A stretch of 64,000 nt of DNA, taken from Candidatus Eiseniibacteriota bacterium (GTDB taxonomy: Bacteria; Eisenbacteria; RBG-16-71-46; JABDJR01). Shown here piece by piece: positions 1 to 11,291 of this stretch. Each line of letters opens with the position of its first letter. Position 1 is the stretch's first letter. The notes under the pieces are model-generated. The model made no database searches and had not been told where the DNA came from. It worked only from the letters and a program-made list of their open reading frames with translations. The stretch is from NCBI GenBank assembly GCA_963762255.1, contig CAVXKA010000001.1:416001-480000 (forward strand). Reading direction: 5' to 3'. Made by a program: the position numbers and the translations under genes.

Positions 1-1
1 C

Positions 2-1999
2 ATCGATCTCGCCCATCCCGACTTTCGCAACGCCGACGGCACCTCCCGCGTGGAGTGGGTGTGGGATCAGAACGATCCCATCGGGCCCAATCTGGGCGGG
101 GTCTACGATTACGGAACGGTGTGGGCCTCCGCCGCCATCAACGCAGGCACCACGCGGCAGCAGGACACCTACGGCCACGGCACGCACGTGGCGGGGATCG
201 CCGCGGGCAGCGGCCGCGCCAGCGGCGGGACGGTCGCTCCGTACACCTACGTGGGGGTCGCCCCGGAGGCCGACCTCGTCATCGTCAACACCGACTTCTC
301 GACCGGCGGCGTCATCGACGCGGTGCAGTGGATCCAGGGAGTCGCGGAGGCGATGGGACGTCCGTCGGTGGTGAACCTCTCCCTCGGCTCGCAGTTCGGC
401 TCGCACGACGGCACCGATCAGCTCGACGTCGCGTTTCGGGCGCTCAGCGGTCCCGGCAAGATCATCGTGGCTTCCGCGGGCAACGAAGGGAATGCGGGGA
501 TCCACGCCGAGGCCTTGGTGCCCGCCGGCGGCTCTCTCAACTTGCAGTTCACCATCGGCCCCTACGCCGCCAAGCCGGGCAACACCGGATCCGCGCAGCA
601 GGATGCGCTCATCATCGAGAGCTGGTATCCCGGGGCGCAGACGCTCACCTTCCAGGTCACCTCGCCGCGCAGCTTCAGCTCGAACACGATCGGCCTCAAC
701 CAGGAGGTCACCAAACAGACCAACGACGGGACGATCTACGTCGGTGTGGTCCGGGCGGTCCAGAACAACGACAACACCTGCGAGATCGATCTGTGGGACT
801 CCAACGCCACGTATCCTCCGTACGCGGGAACATGGACGGTGCGGGTGAACAACCCGGGGGCGACGGCGGTGCCGATCGACTTCTGGATCCCCTACGACGC
901 GCTCGGCGGCGGCGAGGCGCTGACCCACTGGGCGACCTACGAGGCCGCCCGGGAGACGGTCGGAAGCCCCGCTACGTCGGACTCGGTGATCGCAGTCGCC
1001 GCCTACGTCAGCAAGTCGAGTTGGCCCTACGGACAGAGCTCGATCTGCAGCTACGATCCGCCGCCCCCCTTGGGCAGCCTCGCCTCGTTCTCGAGCCGCG
1101 GACCTCGCCGCGACGGCGCGCTCAAGCCCGATATTGCCGCACCGGGAATGGGCATCGCCTCGGCGTGGTCCTCGACCGGAGATCCCTACTTCTACGACAA
1201 CGTGGCCTGCGCCAAGACCAGCGACGGCTATCACGTGGTGAGCCAGGGCACGAGCCAATCCTCTCCGCACATCGCGGGAGTGGTGGCCTTGATCCTGGAG
1301 AAGCACCCCACCGACGCAAACCGCCAGGTGCTCGCGCGCCTCAGGAACTCCGCGCGCAACGACGCGTGGACGGGGACGGTGCCCAATTGGAACTACGGCT
1401 ACGGCAAGGTCGACGCGCAGGACGCGATCGACGCTTCGACCCCGGTGCGGCTCCTCGCGATGGGCGCGGCCTGGACCGACGGCGCGGCGACGGTGAGCTG
1501 GACGGTGGCCGAAGCCCAGGTCGGCGCGCAGTACCAGGTCGAGCGAAGCGCGCGCGAGGACGCGGACTTTAGCCCCGCGAGCGAAATGCTCAGCGGCGGG
1601 CCTTCGTTCGCGTGGATCGACGAGAGCCCCGATCTCGACGAACCCTGGTATCGCGTCATCGCGTTCGCACCGGACGGCGGGCGCGAGGTGCTGGGGACGG
1701 TGCGCCTAGAAGGGTTGCCCACCGTCCTGCGGCTCGGGCAGAACGCGCCCAACCCGTTCACCGCGAGCACGCGCCTCTCGTTCTCGCTCGATCGCGCGCG
1801 GGACGTGCGGGTCGATGTGGTCGATGTGAGCGGGCGGCGAGTGACCACGCTGGCGACAGGACTCTTCGCGGCGGGACCGCATGTCCTCGACTGGGACGGC
1901 CGCGACGCCCAGGGGCGGCCGGCGGCGGCCGGCGTCTACTTCTGCCGCCTTCGCGCGGACGACACCACGCTCACGCGACGCATGGTGCTGAAGCAATGA
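2..1999 (+). CDS. S8 (subtilisin-like) serine peptidase with C-terminal FlgD-Ig-like sorting domain, 5'-truncated by window edge
   Basis: Frame open from base 2 (IDLAHPDF...); HGTHVAGIAAG, SAGNEG, KPDIAAPG and GTSQSSPHIAG motifs; C-terminal NAPNPF...WDGRD...GVYFCRL. Confidence 0.92.
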   Translation: MDLAHPDFRNADGTSRVEWVWDQNDPIGPNLGGVYDYGTVWASAAINAGTTRQQDTYGHGTHVAGIAAGSGRASGGTVAPYTYVGVAPEADLVIVNTDFSTGGVIDAVQWIQGVAEAMGRPSVVNLSLGSQFGSHDGTDQLDVAFRALSGPGKIIVASAGNEGNAGIHAEALVPAGGSLNLQFTIGPYAAKPGNTGSAQQDALIIESWYPGAQTLTFQVTSPRSFSSNTIGLNQEVTKQTNDGTIYVGVVRAVQNNDNTCEIDLWDSNATYPPYAGTWTVRVNNPGATAVPIDFWIPYDALGGGEALTHWATYEAARETVGSPATSDSVIAVAAYVSKSSWPYGQSSICSYDPPPPLGSLASFSSRGPRRDGALKPDIAAPGMGIASAWSSTGDPYFYDNVACAKTSDGYHVVSQGTSQSSPHIAGVVALILEKHPTDANRQVLARLRNSARNDAWTGTVPNWNYGYGKVDAQDAIDASTPVRLLAMGAAWTDGAATVSWTVAEAQVGAQYQVERSAREDADFSPASEMLSGGPSFAWIDESPDLDEPWYRVIAFAPDGGREVLGTVRLEGLPTVLRLGQNAPNPFTASTRLSFSLDRARDVRVDVVDVSGRRVTTLATGLFAAGPHVLDWDGRDAQGRPAAAGVYFCRLRADDTTLTRRMVLKQ

Positions 2000-2027
2000 G
2001 CCTCGCGAACGATTGGAGGCTGAGACG

Positions 2028-2516
2028 ATGAACGGACAAGAGCTTCACCTTCTCGTCAACCACGTCCCCGTCATCGGATCGATGGGCGCGTTCCTGCTTC
2101 TGGCCATAGCATCGGTCACGCAGTCGAAGGCGCTGACGAGGACCGCGCTGGCGTTCACCGTGCTGGTCGGGGTGAGTTCCGCCGTCGCGTTCCTCACGGG
2201 GGAGCCCGCCGAGGAGGTCGTCGAGCACCTCCCGGGCATCGTGACCGGCGCGATCGAGCACCACGAGGAGATGGCCGACCGCGCGTTGTGGCTGGGGATC
2301 GTGACCGGCGTTGTGGGGTTGGCGAGCCTGTACTTGGGCCGGCGTCACCCCGGAAAGCGATCGGCGGTGCTGCCAAGCCTCGTCCTCATGATGGCGCTCG
2401 TGGCGCTCATGGCTTGGACCGCGCACCTGGGAGGCAAAATCCATCGCCCGGAGCTCACGGGCGCCGGCGCGGTGATCGCCCCCGGTGGCGAAGAAGCGCG
2501 CGGCGACGATGACTGA
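2028..2516 (+). CDS. Membrane protein (DUF2231-like)
   Basis: HLLVNHVP start, about 4 hydrophobic helices, HHEEMA and TAHLGGKIHRPE motifs; GGAGG RBS. Confidence 0.7.
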   Translation: MNGQELHLLVNHVPVIGSMGAFLLLAIASVTQSKALTRTALAFTVLVGVSSAVAFLTGEPAEEVVEHLPGIVTGAIEHHEEMADRALWLGIVTGVVGLASLYLGRRHPGKRSAVLPSLVLMMALVALMAWTAHLGGKIHRPELTGAGAVIAPGGEEARGDDD

Positions 2517-2901
2517 ATCGACGCGCCCCGTCATCGTCTTCCACGCCAAGAACGAGTTCGAGGCGCAGATGGCGCGCGATGCGTTGGCGGCGGGCGAGGT
2601 TCCGGTGCTCCACCTGCCGAGCCTCACCACCGGGCTCTTCGGCATGATGCAGACGACACGCGTGGCGGTACCGGAGGATTGCGTCGAGGAGGCGCTCGAA
2701 GTGCTGAACGAGGCGGGCTTCACCGGCGCGGTGGAAGAGGCCCCGCGGGGGCTGAACGCCTTCGGGGACGCGGTGCGGGAGGTGTTTCCGGTGACCGGCA
2801 AACCCGGATTGGGCTGGCAGAGCCGCCTCTTCCGGGTGTGGGCACTGGTCGGGTTGATCGCGCTCGTCCTGGTCGTGTACGCCGTTCTCAAGGGACGCTG
2901 A
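2509..2901 (+). CDS. DUF2007-like (putative signal-transducing) protein with C-terminal TM helix
   Basis: NEFEAQMARDALAAGEV...RVAVPEDCVEEALEVL pattern; overlaps upstream stop. Confidence 0.6.
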   Translation: MTESTRPVIVFHAKNEFEAQMARDALAAGEVPVLHLPSLTTGLFGMMQTTRVAVPEDCVEEALEVLNEAGFTGAVEEAPRGLNAFGDAVREVFPVTGKPGLGWQSRLFRVWALVGLIALVLVVYAVLKGR

Positions 2902-3039
2902 GCCCCGGGGGGGCCGGCGCGCTCTCGGCAGGGTCCGAAATAATTCTTGCGCGGGGCGGCACCTGTCTCTAGTAGACTGATCGGTAGTTCCCACCCCCCC
3001 TCGTCCACCCGGTTCGACATGTCTAACCAGGAGGACACC

Positions 3040-4248
3040 ATGTTTCCCCTTCGTTTCTCCCCCGTTGTCGCGGCATGCGTGCTCATCGTGGGGCTCGGCG
3101 CCGCGGCGCTTCTTTCTTCCCCTGCCCCCGCCGGGCCGACCGGCGCGTGGATCGGCGTCCGTCTGCAGAACCTCGACGACAACCTGCGCGAGGCGATGAA
3201 CATCGACCGCCATGTGCAAGGCGCGCTGGTGAGCAACGTCATGGACGACAGCCCGGCCGAGAAGGCGGGCCTCGAGGACGGCGACGTCATCGTCGAGGTC
3301 GCCGGCCATCGCACCACGACCCTGGAGGAGGTCACGAGCGCGGTGCGTGAGCTGGAGCCCGGCGAGAAGGCGTTGATCGTCGTCTCTCGCGGCGGACAGA
3401 CCCGCGGTCTCGACATCGTGCCCTCATCCCGTTCGGAGTCCTTCGCGTGGACGGACCAGGGGGATAAGGGCGACCGCAAGGTGCGCAAGCTCGTGATCGA
3501 GTCGGACGAGGACAAGGAGGAGTTCGAAAAGGAGCTGCAGGAGCTTGCGGAGCACGGCCAGCTCACCGAGGAGCAGGCGCGCAAGATCGAACGGAAGGCG
3601 AAAGAGATCGAGAAGCACTTCCAGCACGATGCGCAGGGCGACCATGACCGCCAGATCCGCATCATTCATGCGGATGGCAACAAGGGCGGGTATCTGGGCG
3701 TGCAGTCGATGGAAGTGGGACAGCTCGCCGACTACTTCGGAGCGGCGAAAGACGAGGGCGTGCTGGTCACCGAGGTCGTCGAGGAGAGTCCGGCGGCGGA
3801 GGCCGGCCTCAAGGCGGGAGACGTGATCCTCGCGGTGGGTGACGAAGAGGTGAGCGACCCCGAGGAGCTGCGCGAAGCGGTGCGCGGCCAGAAGCCCGGG
3901 GAGAGCGTGAAGATCGAGATCCTTCGCCGCGGGACACGCTCCACGGTGACGGCCAAGCTCGGCGATGCCTCCGACATGGGCGACGCGGAGATGTTCTTCA
4001 TGAGCCCGGAGGACGGAAACGTCATGATCCCGGAGATCCCGCGGATTCCGCGGGCCCCGCGGATCGACATCCAGGCTCCGAACTTCCAGTGGCGGGGCGA
4101 CGGCGACGCGCACGTCCTGCGCCTGGACGACGAGGAGCTCCAGAAGTTCAAGGAGGAGCTGCACAAGAGCCTGGATGAGATGCGCAAGCAGCTCGACGAG
4201 ATGAAGCGCGAGTTGAAGCGCGCCCACGAAGACACGGACACGGACTAA
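3040..4248 (+). CDS. Secreted double-PDZ-domain protein
   Basis: Signal peptide; two PDZ repeats (WIGV...SPAEKAGLEDGDVI and YLGV...SPAAEAGLKAGDVI); coiled-coil tail; GGAGG RBS. Confidence 0.85.
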   Translation: MFPLRFSPVVAACVLIVGLGAAALLSSPAPAGPTGAWIGVRLQNLDDNLREAMNIDRHVQGALVSNVMDDSPAEKAGLEDGDVIVEVAGHRTTTLEEVTSAVRELEPGEKALIVVSRGGQTRGLDIVPSSRSESFAWTDQGDKGDRKVRKLVIESDEDKEEFEKELQELAEHGQLTEEQARKIERKAKEIEKHFQHDAQGDHDRQIRIIHADGNKGGYLGVQSMEVGQLADYFGAAKDEGVLVTEVVEESPAAEAGLKAGDVILAVGDEEVSDPEELREAVRGQKPGESVKIEILRRGTRSTVTAKLGDASDMGDAEMFFMSPEDGNVMIPEIPRIPRAPRIDIQAPNFQWRGDGDAHVLRLDDEELQKFKEELHKSLDEMRKQLDEMKRELKRAHEDTDTD

Positions 4249-5402
4249 CTCACGGGTCGGGACCCGGGAGGATGGGGCGGAGGCGATCCCGCATCGGTCG
4301 CCTCCGCCACCGAGTCCCAGAACCGCGCACTCTCTTCGAGGTACCCCGCGCCGCTCGACGCGGTCTCGACCGCCCTCGCTCCCGCCTTCTGCGCGAAGGA
4401 CGTCACCTTTTCGAAGAGGCTCGATCCCCAACCGGCCACTCCGCGCGCCATGCCTTTGGTTCCGCGCATCGCGCCCTCGCTGACCGCACGCCGCGTGAGC
4501 GATGCCACGCGCTTCGCTCCGTCCCCCACCACGGAGCCCAAGAGTCCCGCGGCCTCCAGCGACGCGCTCCGCGTGACCTCGCGGCGGTCCCCCTCCAGCC
4601 GCAGCGCGCAGTAGCGGCGCGCGAGCGCGCCCACTCGCAGGGTGAGGAACGCGTTCGCCGAGCCGTCGAGGAGGCTTGTCACGAGAAGCGACACCAACGG
4701 ATCGGTGCCGTGCACCGGCAGTAGCCCGGTCAACCCCGCGGTGACCGGGGCGCCCAGTACGGCCAGGAGCTCGCTGTCCTGGATCTCGCCGGCCACGAAG
4801 ACCGACGCGCCTACGTTCACATACACCGCCCACAACTCGCGGGGCCGCGGCCGCTGGTAGTAGAGCTCGGCGATCTCCTTCACCAGGCGGATCTGCGCCG
4901 AGAGCACGATCGCCGCATCCAGCCGCCCGCTCTGCGAAATCGCGGTTGCGGTGAACACGGCGGCGGCGTGGCGCGCCACGATCTTGCGCGCCTGCTCGTC
5001 CAGATAGCCGACCGCCTTCGTCGCTTCCGCCTCAACCACCGCCATGTCGCGCTTCTCGCGCAGCGCCGCATCGAGAGCGCCGACGTCCGCGTGGCCCGCG
5101 CGCACGACCGGGTTGCGAGCGAGGCGCTTCGCGTAGCGCCGGACGAACTTCTCCCACGCGGCGCCGCGCTGCTCTTTCGGGCGAGTCAACGCGCCGGGAA
5201 GGCGCAGCACCTGGGCGATCGGGACCAGCACGAGCAGCACGATCCCCGCCGCCACCGCGATCAGCACCACGGCGCCCAGAAGCGGGTGGACCGCCCGCGC
5301 TTCCCGGTAGAGGACGAGCCCCGAGCCCAGGAGCCCGACCACGGCGAGGATGGCGAATCCGATCAGGATGGGAAGCACGATGGCGCGCAGGGTCTTCAAC
5401 AT
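4245..5402 (-). CDS. YcjF/DUF697 family membrane protein
   Basis: Two N-terminal TM helices; TAISQSGRLD, IAELYYQRP, DGSANAFLTLRVG motifs; start re-set to ATG at 5402. Confidence 0.75.
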   Translation of the reverse strand: MLKTLRAIVLPILIGFAILAVVGLLGSGLVLYREARAVHPLLGAVVLIAVAAGIVLLVLVPIAQVLRLPGALTRPKEQRGAAWEKFVRRYAKRLARNPVVRAGHADVGALDAALREKRDMAVVEAEATKAVGYLDEQARKIVARHAAAVFTATAISQSGRLDAAIVLSAQIRLVKEIAELYYQRPRPRELWAVYVNVGASVFVAGEIQDSELLAVLGAPVTAGLTGLLPVHGTDPLVSLLVTSLLDGSANAFLTLRVGALARRYCALRLEGDRREVTRSASLEAAGLLGSVVGDGAKRVASLTRRAVSEGAMRGTKGMARGVAGWGSSLFEKVTSFAQKAGARAVETASSGAGYLEESARFWDSVAEATDAGSPPPHPPGSRPVS

Positions 5403-5528
5403 GGAGCCAGCATACGCGAAGCCGTGGGCGCCGGGCGAGAAGGACAGCGCTACTCCCCAAGCCGCACGGGTCGGGAGCCTCTTCGTCGGCACTCCCCAAA
5501 CCCGGCGCGTTGGGCGAGAATGGAGCCC

Positions 5529-6980
5529 ATGAAGGAACCCGCGCGCCGCGCCAAGATCGTCGCCACCATCGGGCCCGCTTCGCGAAGCGAGGCGATGCTG
5601 CTTCGCCTCATCCGCGCCGGCCTCGACGTGGCCCGCCTCAACTTCTCGCACGGCACCGCGGAGGAGCACGCCAGGACCGCCACGCTCGTCCGCCGCTTGG
5701 CCAAGGCGGAGGGGCGCACGGTGGCGATCCTCCAGGATCTTCAGGGCCCGAAGATCCGCGTGGGAGAGATCGATGGCACGCTCACACTCAAGCGCGGCGC
5801 GCAGGTCACACTCACGACGCGCTCGCTCGCGCCCACCCCGGAGTCTCGCAGGGCCGCGCTGCGCGCCGGCATCATCCCGGTCACCTACCGCCGGCTCCTC
5901 CGCGACGTGAAGAAGGGCGACACGATCCTTCTCGACGACGGGCTCATCCAGCTTCGTGTTCTGAGCACGACAACGACCGAAGTCGTCTGCCGCGTGATCG
6001 AAGGCGGACCTCTCACCTCGCACAAGGGGATCAACATCCCCGGCCGAAAGCTCAGCACCCCGGCGCTCACTCCCAAGGACCGCCGCGATCTCGCCGCGGG
6101 GGTGAAGATGGGCGTCGACTACGTGGCGCTCTCCTTCGTGCGCGAGGCCGCGGACATCGAAGTGCTGAAGCGCGCGCTACGCCGCCTCAAGGCCGACATC
6201 CCGATCATCGCCAAGATCGAGAAGCCGCAGGCGGTAGAGAACCTCGACGCGATCCTCGAACACGCGGACGGCATCATGGTGGCGCGCGGCGATCTCGGCG
6301 TGGAACTGCCGCCGGAAGATGTTCCGATCCTGCAGAAGCGCATGATCCGCGCCGCGCGCTGCGTGGGGAAGCCGGTCATCACCGCCACTCAGATGCTCGA
6401 GTCGATGATCCACCATCCGCGCCCCACGCGCGCCGAGGCCTCGGACGTGGCCAACGCAATCTTCGACGGGACCGACGCGGTGATGCTCTCCGCGGAGACC
6501 GCGATCGGCGCCTATCCGGAGGAAGCGGTGCGGATGATGTCGCGCATCATCGAGCGCGCGGAGCGGAGCCCGGCCTACCAGTCGCTTCCCTCGCCGGTGG
6601 CCGCGGGCGAGTCGCAGTCCGTGCCGGAGGCGGTGGCGGAGGCGGCGGGCAGCGCGGCGCGCGAGCTCGGCGCCGCCGCCATCGCGGTGTTCACGCAAAG
6701 CGGTGGCACGGCGCGTGTGGTGGCCAAGTTCCGCCCGATCACCCCGGTCTACGCGTTCACTCCCATGGAGAGCGTCCGGCGCAGGCTGGCGCTGGTGTGG
6801 GGCATCCGCCCGCGAGACGTCGCGATGCTCCCCGGCACCGACGACATGATCGACGCGGTCGTGCGCGGGCTCGTCCGCGAGGGCGCGGTCAAGCGCGGCG
6901 ATCTCATCGTGATCACGGCCGGCACGCCGGTGCAGCGGCCCGGGAGCACGAACTTCCTGAAGGTGCACCGAATCGGGTAA
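5529..6980 (+). CDS. pyk: Pyruvate kinase
   Basis: KIVATIGPAS, RLNFSHG, DLQGPKIR, IIAKIEK, GIMVARGDLGVE, TATQMLESM motifs. Confidence 0.97.
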   Translation: MKEPARRAKIVATIGPASRSEAMLLRLIRAGLDVARLNFSHGTAEEHARTATLVRRLAKAEGRTVAILQDLQGPKIRVGEIDGTLTLKRGAQVTLTTRSLAPTPESRRAALRAGIIPVTYRRLLRDVKKGDTILLDDGLIQLRVLSTTTTEVVCRVIEGGPLTSHKGINIPGRKLSTPALTPKDRRDLAAGVKMGVDYVALSFVREAADIEVLKRALRRLKADIPIIAKIEKPQAVENLDAILEHADGIMVARGDLGVELPPEDVPILQKRMIRAARCVGKPVITATQMLESMIHHPRPTRAEASDVANAIFDGTDAVMLSAETAIGAYPEEAVRMMSRIIERAERSPAYQSLPSPVAAGESQSVPEAVAEAAGSAARELGAAAIAVFTQSGGTARVVAKFRPITPVYAFTPMESVRRRLALVWGIRPRDVAMLPGTDDMIDAVVRGLVREGAVKRGDLIVITAGTPVQRPGSTNFLKVHRIG

Positions 6981-7124
6981 CCGGGGCGGGCAAAGGCGCC
7001 CAGGCCGAACGCGCGCGGCCCCGCCGCGAAGCGCCGTCGGCGGGGTTGCCCGATAGGGCCCGTTCCCGCTATCCTTTTCTGTCCCGTCGTCGGCCCGCCC
7101 ACGCCACTGAATCGCTCGGACCGT

Positions 7125-8600
7125 ATGAAACTCGTCATAGTTCCCCGCGCCGAACATTCGATCTCACGCAAGCTCATCGATGAAGATGCGCTCCGGGTGA
7201 TGTACCGCCTCCTCAAGGCGGGGCATCACGCGTATATGGTCGGCGGCGGGGTGCGCGATCTTCTCCTCGGGCGCACCCCCAAAGACTTCGACATCGGAAC
7301 CGACGCCCACCCCAACCAGATGAAGAAGCTCTTCCGCAATTGCCGGCTGGTGGGCCGCCGCTTTCGCCTCGCCCATGTTCATTTCGGCGACAAGATCATC
7401 GAGGTCTCGACCTTCCGCCGCCGCGCGGAGTTCGAGGAGCAGAACGGCGGCGATCTCCTCATCCGCTCCGACAACACGTTCGGAACCCCGGAAGAGGACG
7501 CGCTGCGGCGCGATTTCACCATCAACGGGCTCTTCTACGATCTCGAGACCTTCTCGGTGATCGATTACGTGGGCGGCATCGAAGATCTCCACCGCCGCAC
7601 GATCCGCAGCATCGGGGATCCCGACGAGCGCATCCAGGAAGATCCGGTGCGCATCCTGCGCGCGGTCAAGTTCGCGGCGCGCCTCGGCTTCGACATCGAT
7701 CCTCCGCTCTGGGCGGCGATGGTTCGCAACGCGGCCGACATCCACAAGTGCGCCAAGGCCCGCGTGCTCGAGGAGATCTACCGCCTCCTGCGCGGGGGCA
7801 CCGCCGCCGCCTCGTTCCAACTTCTCGCGGACTGCCGACTCCTCAAGGAGCTACTCCCCGAGGTGACCGAGTTCCTCGACGACTCGCGCTCCGAGCGCGA
7901 CGGCGACCGCCGATTCTGGCAGTACCTGAACGCGATGGACGAGCTGCGTCGCGAGGGTCAGGACATCTCCAACTCGCTCCTCCTGGGGGCGCTGGCCGTT
8001 CACCTGGTGGGATGCGAGGTCGGGGTGGATCGCGAGCGGGAGCCGAATCCGCCGGAGCTGGGCGGCATGATCGACGATCTGACCGCCGAGTGGGTGGACC
8101 GGCTCGGCGTGGCGCGGCGCGATCGCGAGCGCATGGCCCAGATGCTCCGCTCCCAACCGCGTTTCACGCACACTGGTGGGCGCCGTTTCCGCCCGCGCAG
8201 CTTCGTCGCCAAGCACTACTTTCCGGACGCCTTGCAGCTTTTCGCGCTGGGGTGCCAAGCCACCGGACTCGAGTTGGACGCGCTCTCTCGCTGGCAGGAG
8301 TTGAACGAGCAGATGCGCGGGGAAGAGACCCGAGGCGGCGCGGGGGGCGGAACGAAGGCGGCCCTCGGCGAGCGCGACGCAGCGGGAGATCACGCAGCGG
8401 GAGGTAACGCGGGTCGAAGCAACGCGGCGCGAGACAATGCGGAGCCGCTCCCCCGAAGCCGGCGTCGCCGCCGTCGGAAGGATCCCGCCCAGGCCGTCAC
8501 CGCTGTCGCGGTCGAGGCCTTGCCGGTGAAGGTGGAGTCGGAAGAGGATGGCCAGGGCCGGCGGCGACGCCCTCGCCGCCGGCGCCGGCACCGGCGCTAG
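7125..8600 (+). CDS. pcnB: Poly(A) polymerase I
   Basis: [22 protein letters not shown]-specific [11 protein letters not shown] signature, [18 protein letters not shown]; Arg-rich tail. Confidence 0.92.
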   Translation: MKLVIVPRAEHSISRKLIDEDALRVMYRLLKAGHHAYMVGGGVRDLLLGRTPKDFDIGTDAHPNQMKKLFRNCRLVGRRFRLAHVHFGDKIIEVSTFRRRAEFEEQNGGDLLIRSDNTFGTPEEDALRRDFTINGLFYDLETFSVIDYVGGIEDLHRRTIRSIGDPDERIQEDPVRILRAVKFAARLGFDIDPPLWAAMVRNAADIHKCAKARVLEEIYRLLRGGTAAASFQLLADCRLLKELLPEVTEFLDDSRSERDGDRRFWQYLNAMDELRREGQDISNSLLLGALAVHLVGCEVGVDREREPNPPELGGMIDDLTAEWVDRLGVARRDRERMAQMLRSQPRFTHTGGRRFRPRSFVAKHYFPDALQLFALGCQATGLELDALSRWQELNEQMRGEETRGGAGGGTKAALGERDAAGDHAAGGNAGRSNAARDNAEPLPRSRRRRRRKDPAQAVTAVAVEALPVKVESEEDGQGRRRRPRRRRRHRR

Positions 8601-8896
8601 TAGCGGTTCCGGGGACGGAAGCCGCCGCGATCTCCGCCGCCGCCGCGCTCATCGCGCGGACGGGCTTCGTTCACGTTCAGGGCGCGGCCGCCGAAGTCCT
8701 GCTTGTCGAGTGCCGCGATCGCGGCATCCGCACCTTCGGCCGCCATCTCCACGAAACCGAAGCCGCGAGGCCGACCCGTTTCGCGATCCGTGATCAGGTT
8801 CACCGAGTCCACGGTGCCATAGTGGGAGAAGAGCTCACGAACCGATTCCTCGGTCGCGTTGAAGGGAAGGTTACCGACGTAGATCCGCTTGGACAT
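8597..8896 (-). CDS. RRM RNA-binding protein
   Basis: RNP2 IYVGNL, RNP1 RGFGFVEM, Gly/Arg-rich tail. Confidence 0.95.
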   Translation of the reverse strand: MSKRIYVGNLPFNATEESVRELFSHYGTVDSVNLITDRETGRPRGFGFVEMAAEGADAAIAALDKQDFGGRALNVNEARPRDERGGGGDRGGFRPRNRY

Positions 8897-9024
8897 GTTT
8901 CCTCACTGACTTTCCCGTTAGAAGACGTACGCACCAGTCGCCCACGAGCACCGCACCCCGCACCGGGGCCGACTCTACCACACCCCCCGATCCGGCCCAA
9001 AGCCCCTTCGGCCACCCGAGAAGG

Positions 9025-10023
9025 CTACATATCGCGCCAATTCTCGAGCGGGGCGGGCCGATTCTGGAGGATGCCTTCGATGCGCTCCATCACTTCCGGG
9101 GTCATCCGAACCGCAACCTCGAGCGCCTTCATGTTCTCGGCCACTTGCTCGCGCCGCGAGGCGCCGGTGATGACCGTGCTCACCTGCGGGTTCTTGAGAC
9201 ACCAGGCAATGGCAAGCTGAGCGAGTGTCGCGTCCAACTCCCGTGCTATGGGCTCCAGCTTCCGCACCTTCTCCGCGTTGGCGCGCGCCGCGTCGTTCTC
9301 GAACCCGGCCCGCAGCCACTGCATGTTGGGCAGGCTCAACCGCGAGCCCTCGGGGATCCCCTTCAGGTACTTGCCGGTGAGGAAGCCGCTGGCCAGCGGG
9401 CTCCAGATCGTGAGCCCGAGCCCGACGGTGTCGTAGAGCGGCGCGAACTCGCGTTCCACCTTGTCGCGCTCGAGCATGTGGTACTGCGGCTGCTCCATGA
9501 CGGGAGGCATGAGATGCTCGCGCCGCGCGATCACGTGCGCTTCCATGATCTCGGCTGCGGTCCACTCGCTCGTGCCCCAATAGAAGGCCTTCCCCTGCCG
9601 GATGACGTGATCCATCGCCCACACGGTCTCCTCGATCGGGGTGAGCCGGTCGGGGCGGTGACAGAAGAGAAGATCGACGTAGTCCATCTGCAGACGCTTG
9701 AGCGCGGCGTCGGTCCCTTCGAGGATGTGCTTGCGCGAGAGGCCGCGGTCGTTGGGGCCCTTGCCGCCCCAGAACATCTTGGTGGAGATGACGAGGTCGG
9801 AGCGCTTCCACCCCGCGCGCTTCACGACGTTGCCCATCACGGTTTCGGCCTGACCGCTCGCGTAGGCCTCGGCGTTGTCGAAGAAGTTCACGCCGGCGTC
9901 GTAGGCCTCGACCATGCAGTCGTAGCTGCCGTCGTCCCCGACCTGGCTTCCGTACGTGACCCACGCGCCGAGCGACAGTGCGGAGACCTTGAGACCCGAG
10001 TGGCCGAGACGACGGTATTCCAT
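9025..10023 (-). CDS. Aldo/keto reductase (Kv-beta-like subfamily)
   Basis: [38 protein letters not shown] motifs. Confidence 0.93.
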   Translation of the reverse strand: MEYRRLGHSGLKVSALSLGAWVTYGSQVGDDGSYDCMVEAYDAGVNFFDNAEAYASGQAETVMGNVVKRAGWKRSDLVISTKMFWGGKGPNDRGLSRKHILEGTDAALKRLQMDYVDLLFCHRPDRLTPIEETVWAMDHVIRQGKAFYWGTSEWTAAEIMEAHVIARREHLMPPVMEQPQYHMLERDKVEREFAPLYDTVGLGLTIWSPLASGFLTGKYLKGIPEGSRLSLPNMQWLRAGFENDAARANAEKVRKLEPIARELDATLAQLAIAWCLKNPQVSTVITGASRREQVAENMKALEVAVRMTPEVMERIEGILQNRPAPLENWRDM

Positions 10024-10136
10024 GGGCGATCCTCCTCTTCACGTGCGAATTTCGATATCCGGCGACAGCGCCGGGACGGAGATCGTACCATCACTCGACG
10101 GCCGGGAACGGACCCACCCGGCATGGAGGATCTTGC

Positions 10137-10649
10137 ATGTCACCCGCCGGCGCCGTTCCCGAGTTCCGCATCGTCCCCGCCCGCCGCGAGGACATCCCAC
10201 TCGTCCTCTCCTTCATCCGCGAGCTGGCCGAGTACGAGAGGATGGCCGACCAAGTGGTGGCCACCGAGGCGACGCTGGCGGAAGAGCTTTTCGGCGTGCA
10301 CCCGGTCGCCGAGGTGCTCCTGGGCTACGAAGGCGCCGCGCCGGTCGGCTTCGCCGTCTTCTTCCACAACTTCTCGACCTTCGTGGGACGGCGGGGGCTC
10401 TACCTGGAGGATCTCTTCGTGCGCCCCGAACATCGCGGCAAGGGCTACGGCCGCGCGTTCCTGGTCGAGTTGGCCCGCATCGCCGTCTCGCGCGGGTGCG
10501 GCCGGTTCGAGTGGGCGGTGCTGGACTGGAACGAGCCCGCGATCCAGTTCTACAAGAAGCTCGGGGCTGTGGCGAAAGACGAGTGGACGGTGTTTCGGGT
10601 GGACGGCGCCGCGCTCACGGCGCTGGCATCGGGCAAGCCTGCGGACTGA
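10137..10649 (+). CDS. GNAT N-acetyltransferase (diamine acetyltransferase-like)
   Basis: LYLEDLFVRPEHRGKGYG, VLDWNEPAIQFYKKLGA. Confidence 0.92.
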   Translation: MSPAGAVPEFRIVPARREDIPLVLSFIRELAEYERMADQVVATEATLAEELFGVHPVAEVLLGYEGAAPVGFAVFFHNFSTFVGRRGLYLEDLFVRPEHRGKGYGRAFLVELARIAVSRGCGRFEWAVLDWNEPAIQFYKKLGAVAKDEWTVFRVDGAALTALASGKPAD

Positions 10650-10670
10650 TCGCCGGCGTCGCGCGCGGTC

Positions 10671-11291
10671 CTATCGACCGTTCGCGGCGCGCTCCTCCAC
10701 CGGCGCGAGCCCGAGCGTCTCCACCGCCGCGGCCAGCCGCGACTGCCTGTCGGGATCGGGCGCGAGCGCCTTTCCGACGGCCTCGGAGAGCGGGAGCGGT
10801 TCCTCCGTGGCGAAAAACGCCAGCCGCGCGAACACGTCGCGGAACCGGCGCTCGTTCCAACTGCCCGACCGCACATCCAACTCGCCCAGATGATCGAGGA
10901 ACACTTCCACGCCTTCGTTCCGCGAGTGGACGGCCACGTCGAGGGCGCCGCGTCCCAGAAGATCGCGCACGCTCACCATCGCGGCCAGCAGCGCGGCCGG
11001 CGACACTTCGGAAGCCACCCACTCGGTCGGCCGCTCGCCGTACTCCACGAGGACGACGCCGGGCCGCCCGGAGAGGGATCGCACGACATCGAGAAACGCC
11101 TGCGTGATCCGCGGGTGATCGCCGCGCGCGGCGAAATGGATGACCCCGCCCGGTTCGGTGCGCACACGGTAGCGGGGAACCGCCGGGGCCTCGGGGCGTT
11201 CCACGCGGCGACGCCCGAAGAGCCCGCGCCACCCGGAGAAGCCGCACCACTTCGGCAGGGCGCGGAGCTTCGCGATCCGGCCGATCCTCAC
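10671..11291 (-). CDS. Hypothetical protein
   Basis: GTG start overlaps amylase stop (GTGA); globular-looking sequence in the last 206 codons of the long 10671..12938 ORF. Confidence 0.6.
   Translation of the reverse strand: MRIGRIAKLRALPKWCGFSGWRGLFGRRRVERPEAPAVPRYRVRTEPGGVIHFAARGDHPRITQAFLDVVRSLSGRPGVVLVEYGERPTEWVASEVSPAALLAAMVSVRDLLGRGALDVAVHSRNEGVEVFLDHLGELDVRSGSWNERRFRDVFARLAFFATEEPLPLSEAVGKALAPDPDRQSRLAAAVETLGLAPVEERAANGR

Noticed and set aside
8330-8600. Arg-rich low-complexity tail of pcnB
   Set aside because: Disordered basic C-termini are normal for bacterial poly(A) polymerases
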